Shown piece after piece: positions 18,662 through 28,274 of a stretch of 55,770 nt of DNA. The first letter of the stretch is position 1. Each line of letters opens with the position of its first letter. The notes under the pieces were generated by a model. The model was not told where the DNA came from. It was given only the letters and a program-made list of their open reading frames with translations, and made no database searches. The stretch is from an uncultured virus (IMG/VR IMGVR_UViG_3300006990_000013) (taxonomy: Duplodnaviria; Heunggongvirae; Uroviricota; Caudoviricetes). The stretch is taken from the IMG/VR virus record IMGVR_UViG_3300006990_000013, positions 62,001 to 117,770 of that record. One strand, given 5' to 3'. The translations under genes and the position numbers were made by a program.

Positions 18662-19606
18662 ATGGCATCAGACTTTAACGCACTCAAGAAGAACCGTTCT
18701 AAGTCATTAGACAAGTTGAATGCTCAACTTGACAAAATCACCACAAAATCATATGCAGATCCCAATGAAGGGAAGTTTTGGAAACCAACTCGTGACAAAG
18801 CGGGTAATGGGTTTGCAATCATTCGTTTCTTGGCACCAACCCAAGGGGAAGAAGTGCCGTTTGTACGTATCTGGGATCATGGTTTCCAAGGGCCAACAGG
18901 TCAGTGGTATATCGAAAACTCTCTGACTACACTGAATCAAGACGATCCAGTATCAGAGTATAACTCAAAACTGTGGAACTCTGGTGTGGAGTCCGACAAG
19001 GAACTCGCACGTAAACAGAAACGTCGACTGAAGTATGTGTCGAACATCTTGGTGATCAAGGATTCAGCGAATCCTGAGAACGAAGGTCAAGTCTTCATGT
19101 ATCAGTACGGTAAGAAGATCTTTGATAAACTCAACGATCTGATGAACCCTCAGTTTGAGGACGAGACTCCAGTAAACCCATTCGACTTCTGGGAAGGTGC
19201 AAACTTCCGTCTGAAGATTCGTAAGTTCGAAGGTTACCCAAACTATGACAAGTCAGAGTTTGATGCGCCATCAGCACTATTCGAAGATGATGCAGAAATC
19301 GAATCAGTATGGCAAAAGCAACACAAGTTGCAAGACCTTCTGGATCCGTCAAACTTCAAATCATATTCTGAGTTGAAGGAAAAGTTGTACCGTGTCCTCG
19401 CATTGGATGACGCTGGCCCAACTGCACCTAGTGCATATGATGATGAAGACGATGGACTGAATCTTGGGGCATCAATGCCTTCATCCGCTCCTACTCCATC
19501 ACCTACGATGGCGGACGATATCCCTTTTGATACCGCTCCTAGTTCAATGAATGTTGATGACGATGATGATGATCTTTCAATCTTCAAGGAACTCGCTAAA
19601 GGATAA
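18662..19606 (+). CDS. gp32: Single-stranded DNA-binding protein gp32
   Basis: DKAGNGFAIIRFL, HGFQGPTGQWYIENSLTT, YGKKIFDK, NPFDFWEGANF, acidic tail. Confidence 0.97.
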   Translation: MASDFNALKKNRSKSLDKLNAQLDKITTKSYADPNEGKFWKPTRDKAGNGFAIIRFLAPTQGEEVPFVRIWDHGFQGPTGQWYIENSLTTLNQDDPVSEYNSKLWNSGVESDKELARKQKRRLKYVSNILVIKDSANPENEGQVFMYQYGKKIFDKLNDLMNPQFEDETPVNPFDFWEGANFRLKIRKFEGYPNYDKSEFDAPSALFEDDAEIESVWQKQHKLQDLLDPSNFKSYSELKEKLYRVLALDDAGPTAPSAYDDEDDGLNLGASMPSSAPTPSPTMADDIPFDTAPSSMNVDDDDDDLSIFKELAKG

Positions 19607-19612
19607 GACGGT

Positions 19613-19927
19613 ATGAGTAGTAAACAAACTTCTGATATTATCGATTTCGATTTTGGATTCAGCTTTATTGATGATGAAATCGAAGAGGTAAAAGAAAAAG
19701 CAGCGTCCGCTGAGGGCACTGCTGAAGAACTTGAAACACAACTCAGTAATCTCATGAATGAGAAGATTAGCTTAGAAGCAAGACTGGATAAACTGTTTAA
19801 CTCAGTTGTTCCCTTCCTTGACAATCTATGTAAATCACCAGAGAAGAGTACAATTTTCTGGCCTGACCGTGTTGACAAGATCGACAACTACAAACAAAAG
19901 TTAAAGGCTATCGCTGAAGGAGATTAA
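19613..19927 (+). CDS. Conserved hypothetical phage protein
   Basis: FDFGFS...PFLDNLCKSPEKSTIFWPDR; in-operon position. Confidence 0.7.
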   Translation: MSSKQTSDIIDFDFGFSFIDDEIEEVKEKAASAEGTAEELETQLSNLMNEKISLEARLDKLFNSVVPFLDNLCKSPEKSTIFWPDRVDKIDNYKQKLKAIAEGD

Positions 19928-19928
19928 G

Positions 19929-20990
19929 GTGAGTCTATTAGATAAAATGCTCAAATCAGGAGCAGTGAAGACTTCTTCAATTCTTTCTAAGTCAAAGTTT
20001 TTCGAGGCGAAGGATCCCATTCAAACGGAACTTCCCATCGTTAACATTGCATTTAGTGGATCATTGAAGGGGGGATTAATCCCCGGCCTAACTGTAGTTG
20101 CAGGGCAGTCAAAGTCATTTAAGACTTTGCTGTCTCTGTACTGCATGAAGGCATATCTAGATAAGTACGAAGAAGGCGTGGCATTATTGTACGACTCTGA
20201 GTATGGTATTACACCAGAATATCTAGAAAGTTACAACATCGACACCAACCGTGTTATACATATTCCTGTAGAAGATGTTGAACAACTAAAGTTCGACATC
20301 ACTAAGAGGTTGGACGAAGTAGACAAAGGTGATCGTGTATTCGTCATGATTGACTCTGTTGGTAATCTTGCATCTAAGAAAGAAGTCGAAGACGCTAAGA
20401 ACGAGAAGGCAGTTGCCGACATGTCTCGTGCGAAAGCGTTGAAGTCTCTCTTCCGCATTATTACACCTAAGTTGACTGCAAAAGACATCCCTTGTCTTGC
20501 AATCAACCACGTCTATCAGGAAATCGGAATGTTTCCTAAGGCGATTGTATCTGGTGGAACTGGTATCTATTACTCCGCAAACCAAATCTTTATCATCTCT
20601 AAATCGCAAGAGAAGGATGGTACAGATCTCGCAGGGTTTAAGTTTACTATCAACATCGAAAAGTCACGCTTCGTGAAAGAGAAGTCCAAACTTCCATTCA
20701 CAGTTCTCTATGAGTCAGGTATTCAGAAGTGGTCATCATTATTTGACCTCGCACTGGACGCAGGGTTCATTGCCAAATCTACACAGGGATGGTATAATCT
20801 CGTAGATATGGATAGCGGTGAAGTTATCGAACCACGTCGACGTTTGAAAGATATCGAACAAGATGACGCATTCTTTGAGAAATTGGTTGCCAACGATGAC
20901 TTTAACGTGTATATTGAGCGCAAGTTTAAATTAAACATGGCACAGGCTGAAGATGATAGAAACAACGATACTGACGAACCTGATTCTTAA
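19929..20990 (+). CDS. uvsX: RecA-like recombinase UvsX
   Basis: AGQSKSFKT P-loop variant, YDSEYG, DSVGNLASKKE, DMSRAK, SGGTG. Confidence 0.96.
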   Translation: MSLLDKMLKSGAVKTSSILSKSKFFEAKDPIQTELPIVNIAFSGSLKGGLIPGLTVVAGQSKSFKTLLSLYCMKAYLDKYEEGVALLYDSEYGITPEYLESYNIDTNRVIHIPVEDVEQLKFDITKRLDEVDKGDRVFVMIDSVGNLASKKEVEDAKNEKAVADMSRAKALKSLFRIITPKLTAKDIPCLAINHVYQEIGMFPKAIVSGGTGIYYSANQIFIISKSQEKDGTDLAGFKFTINIEKSRFVKEKSKLPFTVLYESGIQKWSSLFDLALDAGFIAKSTQGWYNLVDMDSGEVIEPRRRLKDIEQDDAFFEKLVANDDFNVYIERKFKLNMAQAEDDRNNDTDEPDS

Positions 20991-22371
20991 TGAGGAATAC
21001 TACCGAAAGGTATATCCTTATCTGAAACCAGATTACTTTGAAGACTCAAATCTGCGCAAGGTGTTTGACACCTTCGCAGACTACGTTGAGAAGTACAAAG
21101 AGCAACCTTCCTTGGAAGCTCTTAAACTCACACTAGACAAAAGAAAAGACTTCAACGAAGACAGTTACTCACAAGTGATGTCTGTGGTCAATACTTTTGC
21201 ACGTGATGAGGAAACAGATAACAAGTTCTTGGTTGATGAAACTGAAAAGTTCTGCCAAGACCGTGATCTGTATAATTCTATACGGCAATCAATTCAGATT
21301 CTTGAGGGTGAAGGGGGTGGACTCGAAAAGGGTTCCATCCCCAAACTTCTTTCAGACTCTCTTGGGATTAGTTTCGACACCAGTGTTGGACACGACTTCC
21401 TAGAAGACTTTGAAGGTAGATATGAATTCTATCACCGTAAAGAAGAACGCATCCCCTTTGATATTGACATCCTTAATAAGATTACCAAAGGTGGTCTGCC
21501 TCGTAAGTCTATGACTGTACTACTCGCCACGACTGGTGGTGGTAAGTCATTGATCAAATGTCACATGGCTGCGAACCATCTCATGTACGGTAAGAATGTT
21601 CTGTACATCACTATGGAGATGGCAGAAGAAGAGATTGGTAGACGTATTGATGCAAACATCATGGACGTGACTATTGATGAGATATCAATCACTCCACGTG
21701 ATGTGTTCGAGAAACGTATGAACAGGTACAAGTCTAAGACGCCAGGCAAGTTGGTCATTAAAGAATACCCAACTGGTTCTGCACACGTTGGACATATGCG
21801 ACATCTGTTAAACGAACTTCGTATGAAAAAGAATTTTCAACCAGATATCATATTTGTTGATTACCTCAACATCTGTTCATCTGCACGTGTTCGTGGCGCA
21901 GCCGCAGCCAATTCATACACATTGGTGAAATCTATAGCAGAAGAGGTACGTGGTCTTGCGATGGAATTTAATTGTGCTGTGGTTACTTCGTCTCAATTCA
22001 ATCGTGATGGTTATGGGAATAGTGACGTTGACCTTACTAATACTAGCGAAAGTATGGGGATAACACACACAGCAGACGCAATCTTTGGTCTAGTTACGAC
22101 AGAAGAACTGGATGATCTTGGTCAGATTATGATCAAACAACTCAAAAATCGTTGGGGAGATCTTGGTTATTACAGAAAGTTCCTTGTAGGGGTTGACAGA
22201 TCCAAGATGAAGATATATGATTTAGAAGAGAGTGCACAGGACAATATCGGTCAGTCAAGTGACGATAAAGTAAATGGAAACAAGCCTGATGACACTCCCC
22301 TATTTGATAAAACTTCTATTGGTACAACCAAGAAGAAGGACATTTTCAGTATGACTGAAGGCCTTCAATAA
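20953..22371 (+). CDS. gp41: Replicative DNA helicase gp41
   Basis: ATTGGGKS, YITMEMAEE, IKEYPT, VDYLNI, SQFNR, KQLKNR. Confidence 0.97.
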   Translation: MIETTILTNLILNEEYYRKVYPYLKPDYFEDSNLRKVFDTFADYVEKYKEQPSLEALKLTLDKRKDFNEDSYSQVMSVVNTFARDEETDNKFLVDETEKFCQDRDLYNSIRQSIQILEGEGGGLEKGSIPKLLSDSLGISFDTSVGHDFLEDFEGRYEFYHRKEERIPFDIDILNKITKGGLPRKSMTVLLATTGGGKSLIKCHMAANHLMYGKNVLYITMEMAEEEIGRRIDANIMDVTIDEISITPRDVFEKRMNRYKSKTPGKLVIKEYPTGSAHVGHMRHLLNELRMKKNFQPDIIFVDYLNICSSARVRGAAAANSYTLVKSIAEEVRGLAMEFNCAVVTSSQFNRDGYGNSDVDLTNTSESMGITHTADAIFGLVTTEELDDLGQIMIKQLKNRWGDLGYYRKFLVGVDRSKMKIYDLEESAQDNIGQSSDDKVNGNKPDDTPLFDKTSIGTTKKKDIFSMTEGLQ

Positions 22372-22372
22372 T

Positions 22373-22380
22373 GATAAATA
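22373..22380 (+). promoter_or_regulatory. Probable T4-type late promoter (GATAAATA)
   Basis: One mismatch to TATAAATA; 33 nt upstream of the ATG at 22413. Confidence 0.5.
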
Positions 22381-22412
22381 GGATTACAGAAACACCTAAA
22401 ACGAGTGAAAAG

Positions 22413-23471
22413 ATGAAATCCTTTAAACAACACCTCACCGAATCTATTAAGGCAGAGGACTTTGAGGCTGCTATTGTAATTGGTTGGCACGAAATCACAG
22501 GACAGGAACTGAATCCTAGTGATGCTGGTATATCTGATAAGGTATACCAGTCTCTCGTTGCACAACCAGAATATATCGAAGCAGGCAAAAAGATTGCCAC
22601 GTCTATCCAGAAACATTTCAAGTTAGGTAATAATGTGAAAGCAGAACAGTACGGACGTGCCAAGTCCAAACTGACTGGTTTTTGGAAAGGATACGGTGCT
22701 TCAGATATCACACCAAAGACTGATATCCTAATCGGCGACAAAAGATTGTCTCTAAAGATTGGTATGGCACAGTTGATGTCTGGTGGTAAATCAGAGTCAA
22801 CTGCAACCTTTTATGCGGCTCTAGAAAAATCACAGATCAATGAATCTGCACAACTGGGTAAGGTAACAAAGATCTTTGACGACTTCGTCACTGCATCACT
22901 TGCGCCAGGCAAACTAAGACCTATCATCAAGTCAGGCGAGAATGAACTCGTCAACCGTGGTGAGAAGGCACACAAATTAGTTATGCAAGAACTTGGTACT
23001 CTGTTCGAAGAGAACGAGAAGTTCAAGATTGAATTTGCACGTGAAGCAATGTCTGGTTTCATGAAGTACGGTGAGAACGCAAATGCTGCTGCAGAATTCA
23101 TGGTGGTATCAGATCACTCAGGTTCCTCTACAAAGATTACATCAGTATATGACGATGCGTACTGTAAGAAGATCGCAGATCAGATGAAACTACAAGCACG
23201 TTTCAAAACGTCATCACGCAAACTCAAAGGTAAGAAGACAGGCGAGTATAACTTCTGGTCTGTCATTTCTCTTATCGTAGATGCGAAACTAAACGAAGAC
23301 GTTGACACTCTTGATGAGAACATGTTTAAACGTATTGTTTCTAAAATCAAAGGTAAACTGGGTAACGCACTTAAGAAGGCGAAGTCTTTTGTTAAATCAA
23401 AGGCATCAAACGTTCTTAAGTTTTTCGGCGTTGAACCCGATATCAAAGTAAACGACAAGGTAGAATTCTAA
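22413..23471 (+). CDS. Putative head-internal protein with a PD-(D/E)XK-like nuclease motif
   Basis: N-terminus MKSFKQHLTE resembles the T4 capsid targeting sequence; PKTDILI...LSLK motif. Confidence 0.5.
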   Translation: MKSFKQHLTESIKAEDFEAAIVIGWHEITGQELNPSDAGISDKVYQSLVAQPEYIEAGKKIATSIQKHFKLGNNVKAEQYGRAKSKLTGFWKGYGASDITPKTDILIGDKRLSLKIGMAQLMSGGKSESTATFYAALEKSQINESAQLGKVTKIFDDFVTASLAPGKLRPIIKSGENELVNRGEKAHKLVMQELGTLFEENEKFKIEFAREAMSGFMKYGENANAAAEFMVVSDHSGSSTKITSVYDDAYCKKIADQMKLQARFKTSSRKLKGKKTGEYNFWSVISLIVDAKLNEDVDTLDENMFKRIVSKIKGKLGNALKKAKSFVKSKASNVLKFFGVEPDIKVNDKVEF

Positions 23472-24715
23472 TGCAAAAGTTCAGTCAGTTTACTAATTTG
23501 TTATCAGAAGAAAAAAACCTTCACATGACACATGCAGAGGATGCAGTGATAGATGGTGGAGTGACTGGTACACGCAACGTAATTAATTACCTTCGTGCAA
23601 TTAGAGATATGTTAGGTGGTAATACCAAAGCGCCTGTAAACCTTTCAGTGAAGTGGGATGGTGCGCCTGCAATCTTTGCAGGGGTTGATCCATCAGATGG
23701 TAAATTCTTTATTGCAAAGAAAGGTGTATTTAACAAAAACCCAAAAGTCTATAAGACTGCCCAAGAAATTGATGATGATAGTTCTATTAAAGGTGACCTC
23801 AACTCCAAATTTAAAGTAGCACTTTCAGAGTTCTCAAAACTTGGAATTGAAGGAGTGATACAAGGTGATTTCCTCTATACTACGGAAGATCTTTCGACAG
23901 ATGCTATTGATGGAGAATCGTATGTTACTTTCCATCCTAATACGATTGTTTATGCGATACCAAAGAAAAGCGAACTCGCTAAAAAAATATCAAGATCCAA
24001 GATCGGTGTGGTCTGGCATACAGTCTACAGAGGAGAATCTCTTGAGACAATGTCTGCAAGTTTTGGAGAGAAGATTACACCTAATCTCAAAGAAATAAAA
24101 TCTGTATGGGCAGTTGATGCCGTATTCGAAGATAAGTCTGGTAGTGTAACCATGACTGCAAAAGAAACGGCGGCGGTGACTAAGAAACTGAGTGCCGCTG
24201 GAACGATCTTCAGAACAATCAAAAAAGATATCCTTAATGAGTTGGGAAACAACGAAGAGTTGAACCTACGTGTTAACACGTTCATTAATACTAAAGTTCG
24301 TGAAGGACAACGTATTGGTAATCCTAAAACATTCGTTAAGGGACTTGTAAAATATATTCAAGACTACTATCAAAAAGAAGCCGACAAAAAGAAAACTGAA
24401 AAGGGTAAGAAGACGCAGACAGATAAGATGTCTAAAGCGTTGACAATGTTCAGTGACAAGAATACCAAAGAGATCGAAAAGGTATTCGAACTCTACAATC
24501 TATTAGTCGACACCAAGTTGATGGTTCTTGACAAACTTAATAAAGTAGATAGTCTAAAGACATTCTTAAAAACCTCAAAAGGATACGAAGTAACCAACCC
24601 AGAGGGTTTTGTTGCAATGGATCACTTGGGTAAGAACTCTCTTAAACTCGTTGATCGTCTTGCATTCAGTAAGGCAAACTTTGATCCACAATATATCAAA
24701 GGGTGGCAGAAATAA
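23471..24715 (+). CDS. DUF6267-like protein with ligase-type nucleotidyltransferase motifs
   Basis: KNLHMTHAED, VKWDGAP (KxDG), IQGDFLY, PEGFV, LKLVDR; CTS-like N-terminus. Confidence 0.65.
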   Translation: MQKFSQFTNLLSEEKNLHMTHAEDAVIDGGVTGTRNVINYLRAIRDMLGGNTKAPVNLSVKWDGAPAIFAGVDPSDGKFFIAKKGVFNKNPKVYKTAQEIDDDSSIKGDLNSKFKVALSEFSKLGIEGVIQGDFLYTTEDLSTDAIDGESYVTFHPNTIVYAIPKKSELAKKISRSKIGVVWHTVYRGESLETMSASFGEKITPNLKEIKSVWAVDAVFEDKSGSVTMTAKETAAVTKKLSAAGTIFRTIKKDILNELGNNEELNLRVNTFINTKVREGQRIGNPKTFVKGLVKYIQDYYQKEADKKKTEKGKKTQTDKMSKALTMFSDKNTKEIEKVFELYNLLVDTKLMVLDKLNKVDSLKTFLKTSKGYEVTNPEGFVAMDHLGKNSLKLVDRLAFSKANFDPQYIKGWQK

Positions 24716-25083
24716 TGGCAAACGTACACTACCTTAAACGATCACATAACGAAGCAGTAATAAAAGTATACGTGACAGACTCATCTGGTGACACAATTGA
24801 TGTGGCATTGTCAGACCTTATTGCTGATGGGGAAACATTTGACGCAGGTACGGCTTCGGTAACTATTAAAGAAATCTTCTGGGGTTGTAAACACAATAAA
24901 CACATAGACATCTCACGATGGGATGGAGCAAATGCGCACGGTCATTACTATCTCGTAAACTCAGGTTCTCACGAATATGTTGGCTTTGTGGATGACGTGT
25001 ACTCAGATAGAGATATAAGAATCATAGGTGATAGTGAATTCCATTGTATAATGAAATTGACTAAGGTTAGTGGATACTCGTAA
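24715..25083 (+). CDS. Hypothetical, probably virion-associated beta-rich protein
   Basis: TAATG-coupled ORF in the late block. Confidence 0.6.
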   Translation: MANVHYLKRSHNEAVIKVYVTDSSGDTIDVALSDLIADGETFDAGTASVTIKEIFWGCKHNKHIDISRWDGANAHGHYYLVNSGSHEYVGFVDDVYSDRDIRIIGDSEFHCIMKLTKVSGYS

Positions 25084-25107
25084 CAGTGTTAGAAACGGAG
25101 AACAGTT

Positions 25108-25458
25108 ATGTTGAGAAGAATACCAGCAGTATTGTTAGGTATTTTCCTAACAGTACCATTTAATGCACAGGCTGAACAGTTTGTGATGCCCATTGGGTTA
25201 AGGTGTGACACTGATGTCAACAACATCATAGACATGGTTCAAACAAAATATGGTGAAATTCCTTTCGCCAGTTCCGAAACTTTGGTACAAGTAGTACCAC
25301 AGGGTACATGGTTGCCAGGCGTTACCTTGCAGTTTATCAATCCCACATCTGGTTCATTCAGTATGATTATGATGGACGAAGCAACAGGTGCAGGGTGTAT
25401 GGTACTCGCAGGTCAAAAAATGACTTCCGTTAACGGTTATAAACCAACTACTAAATAA
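25108..25458 (+). CDS. Hypothetical secreted/periplasmic protein
   Basis: GGAG SD; signal peptide ending AQA; two Cys. Confidence 0.6.
   Translation: MLRRIPAVLLGIFLTVPFNAQAEQFVMPIGLRCDTDVNNIIDMVQTKYGEIPFASSETLVQVVPQGTWLPGVTLQFINPTSGSFSMIMMDEATGAGCMVLAGQKMTSVNGYKPTTK
25450..25457 (+). promoter_or_regulatory. Probable late promoter (ACTAAATA)
   Basis: CTAAATA variant upstream of the SD and ATG at 25482. Confidence 0.45.
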
Positions 25459-25481
25459 AAGAAAAACTTGGAGATTAGATT

Positions 25482-26045
25482 ATGGGAATGATACGTGATC
25501 GTGGACATGATGGTGGAAATACTTGGCGGTGGTTAGTCATCGAAAAGATGGTACGTCAAAACGGATGGACTAAGGGCGCAGAACTTGGTGTGTGGCAGGG
25601 ACAAACCTTCACGCATCTTGTACGTACTTGTAAAAACCTAAATTTGATTGGGGTAGATCTTTATGCACCTCAACCACAAAATAATGGGCCAGAGAAATGG
25701 ACTGCAGGTGAAAACGGACACCCTTGGGATCACGAAACATATTACAATCGTATGAAACAGTTTTGCGCACAGTATCCAGATCGTGCATTTATTCATAAGG
25801 ATTATACTACAACGGTAGCAGACACATTAGAAGACGAGAGTCTCGACTTTGTTTTTATCGATGCAGATCATGGTTATGAAGGATGTTCACGTGATATTGA
25901 CGCATGGGCTCCAAAGGTGCGTAAAGGTGGATATGTCATGGGACATGATATTCACTTTGACACTGTTCTCAAAGCCGTGACAGAACGTTACGGTGATAAC
26001 TATAACGTAGAAGACGACTTCATTTGGTGGGTAGAAAAACAATGA
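25482..26045 (+). CDS. Class I SAM-dependent methyltransferase (Methyltransf_24-like)
   Basis: AELGVWQG, GVDLY, LDFVFIDADHGYE, GGYVMGHD. Confidence 0.85.
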   Translation: MGMIRDRGHDGGNTWRWLVIEKMVRQNGWTKGAELGVWQGQTFTHLVRTCKNLNLIGVDLYAPQPQNNGPEKWTAGENGHPWDHETYYNRMKQFCAQYPDRAFIHKDYTTTVADTLEDESLDFVFIDADHGYEGCSRDIDAWAPKVRKGGYVMGHDIHFDTVLKAVTERYGDNYNVEDDFIWWVEKQ

Positions 26046-26692
26046 ATATCGAAAAGAAAATAACTCAGATCTGGATTGGGCCAAACCCTGCGCCGAAGGC
26101 ATGGATGGATACTTGGAAAGAAAAACATCCAGAATGGGAATATGAAATATTTACAGATCAGATGTTGAAGGATCGCAAATGGATGAACCAACATCTCATC
26201 GAACACTATTATAATAACAAGAGATGGGCAGGCGTTTCAGATCTTATCCGTTACGAACTACTACTAGAACGTGGGGGTTTCTTTCCAGAGGCAGACATGG
26301 AGTGTTATCATAACACTGATGAACTGTTTACTTCCCCACCACATATTGCATATACTTGTTATGAAAACGAATTGTATCGTGCAAACTTTGTACAACCAAT
26401 TCTTGCTTGCAATCCTGGCAATATGTTTGTTCGTATGTTGGTAGAGACACTACACCAACTTCGTGCAGATCAACTGCATTACGAACCATTCAGATCTACA
26501 GGTAATGAGTTCTTGAGTAAACATATTCCAATGAACCTAGACAAAGTAAAAGTCTGGCCTTCACATTACTTCATCCCACAGTTCTATGTACGTGAGTCGA
26601 AGAGATATGACGGTACTGATAAGGTCTATGCGGAACATCATTGGGGTTCTACTGGAATGCCTTGGACAAAACAGTACTCAACTGCTACCTAA
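26042..26692 (+). CDS. Glycosyltransferase family 32-like
   Basis: IEKKITQIWIG, SDLIRYELL..RGG, EAD in place of DxD, HHWGST. Confidence 0.8.
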   Translation: MNIEKKITQIWIGPNPAPKAWMDTWKEKHPEWEYEIFTDQMLKDRKWMNQHLIEHYYNNKRWAGVSDLIRYELLLERGGFFPEADMECYHNTDELFTSPPHIAYTCYENELYRANFVQPILACNPGNMFVRMLVETLHQLRADQLHYEPFRSTGNEFLSKHIPMNLDKVKVWPSHYFIPQFYVRESKRYDGTDKVYAEHHWGSTGMPWTKQYSTAT

Positions 26693-26712
26693 TGCATGGT
26701 GACAGAGGAAAT

Positions 26713-26802
26713 ATGCTCACCGTAAAGGTAATGGTTATTCTATGTGTGGTTTTACACTTTGTAGTCATACCAATATGGATGTGGAGTTTAGGATTACATT
26801 GA
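26713..26802 (+). CDS. Small single-pass membrane protein, 29 aa; not in the ORF track
   Basis: GAGG SD; MLTVKVMVILCVVLHFVVIPIWMWSLGLH; stop abuts the next ATG. Confidence 0.45.
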   Translation: MLTVKVMVILCVVLHFVVIPIWMWSLGLH

Positions 26803-27564
26803 ATGTTTATATCACACAAATACAAATTTATTTTTCTTAGAGTTCCGAAGACTGCCTCAACTAGTCTTTCGGAATTCTTTGTTCGTAACATAGACGATCC
26901 AGATGCATTTTACACAGACGTAGATGATGCAAATCTTGATGGGACTGTGCCTCATGGTAAACTCAAAGAGATTAGAGGAGTACACGAACACTACAAACCT
27001 TTCTCACACCTACATTTAAATCTAAAAGAACTCGTTGATTATGGTATAGTAACACCAGAACAAATCAACGAGTATTATTGTTTTGCGGTTCTCAGAGATC
27101 CTATTGAAAGACAAAAGAGTTTTTACTACTTCTTTAAGAAGTGGGAAGATGAGAGATCTGGTAAGAAACCCTATGATATAGACGATTACAAATTCATGGC
27201 ACCTAATGGGTGGTTCGATGGTGACAAGGCAACAGGTGAAGATAACTCTAAACTACTTCAGAGCGATTTCCTCATGTATGATGGTAAACAACAAGGTGAG
27301 TATTGGTTATATGAAAACCTATTGGTTCATATACAGTCCTTTATGGATGATATTGGCGTGCCTATAAATCATAAGTTGAAAAAACACAAATCAAATTTTA
27401 GAGTAGATAAAATTGATGAGTCCAAGTCATTTAATTTTGATCACCAAGCAATCACCACAATGAGACATTATTATAAAAACGACTTCAACTTATATTCATT
27501 ATTAAAGAGACAATATCATGCAGACACAACGAGCTTACATACTTACAATAGACAAACCAATTAG
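26803..27564 (+). CDS. Sulfotransferase family 2 protein
   Basis: FIFLRVPKTASTS, AVLRDPIERQKSFY, YKNDF. Confidence 0.8.
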   Translation: MFISHKYKFIFLRVPKTASTSLSEFFVRNIDDPDAFYTDVDDANLDGTVPHGKLKEIRGVHEHYKPFSHLHLNLKELVDYGIVTPEQINEYYCFAVLRDPIERQKSFYYFFKKWEDERSGKKPYDIDDYKFMAPNGWFDGDKATGEDNSKLLQSDFLMYDGKQQGEYWLYENLLVHIQSFMDDIGVPINHKLKKHKSNFRVDKIDESKSFNFDHQAITTMRHYYKNDFNLYSLLKRQYHADTTSLHTYNRQTN

Positions 27565-28243
27565 TCGTGAATACGCACAACACGCATCTGCTTCTTGTGA
27601 TGAGATAGGTCTCAACTGGGAGTACTTCGAAGGTTGGTGTGATATCCCTGGCGTTCTTGCATGGGCAAGATCGGGGATTAATTTGCGTATAAACGAGGGG
27701 AGACCAATTAAACTTCCCCCTGCAGATCTGGATTACCCACCAAATCCAAACTTACCTATGGGTGAGAAAGCAGAGTGTTGTACGGTTGGTCATGCTGCAA
27801 TATGGAAAAAGATTGCAGAGGGTGAAGAGGATGTAGGTATCGTGTTAGAACATGATGCAATTATGTTACATCCTGTGAACATTGAAATACCAGAGAATAA
27901 TATGGTTGTTTTGGGATACAAACTAGACAAACCTAATAGGTACGATCATTTGACTGCAGGCCCTGCAGTGAGACTTGTACCAATCAGAGGACATGAAGGT
28001 GCACATGCATATGCGATGACTAAGAAAACAGCGCAGATATTGATTGATGAGATCGAAACAGGTGGTCGATTGGGGTGTGTAGATAATGCATATTTCATCT
28101 TAAATCAAAGACGCACAAAGGTTCCTCTATGTATCGCAGACCCAACACCCGCTTTAGGTTGGTTAAGGGCATCTACTATTTGGCAGGAATCTGCACATGT
28201 TAACTACGAATTTCTTGATTCATTCAAACAGAATTATAAATAA
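27518..28243 (+). CDS. Glycosyltransferase family 25-like
   Basis: CCTVGHAAIWKKI, IVLEHDA, GAHAY. Confidence 0.75.
   Translation: MQTQRAYILTIDKPISREYAQHASASCDEIGLNWEYFEGWCDIPGVLAWARSGINLRINEGRPIKLPPADLDYPPNPNLPMGEKAECCTVGHAAIWKKIAEGEEDVGIVLEHDAIMLHPVNIEIPENNMVVLGYKLDKPNRYDHLTAGPAVRLVPIRGHEGAHAYAMTKKTAQILIDEIETGGRLGCVDNAYFILNQRRTKVPLCIADPTPALGWLRASTIWQESAHVNYEFLDSFKQNYK
28235..28242 (+). promoter_or_regulatory. T4 late promoter TATAAATA
   Basis: Exact consensus, 33 nt upstream of the 1351-aa gene. Confidence 0.8.
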
Positions 28244-28274
28244 ACAGTAAAACACAAATTACAAGAGAATAATC

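Noticed and set aside
19243..19887. 214-aa minus-strand ORF (also 29990..30538 and many other antisense ORFs)
   Set aside because: Ser/Phe-rich shadows of strongly biased + strand genes, with no SD or motifs
20071..20084. Perfect palindrome GGGGATTAATCCCC in uvsX
   Set aside because: Single occurrence in coding sequence with no T-tract or second copy; could be chance
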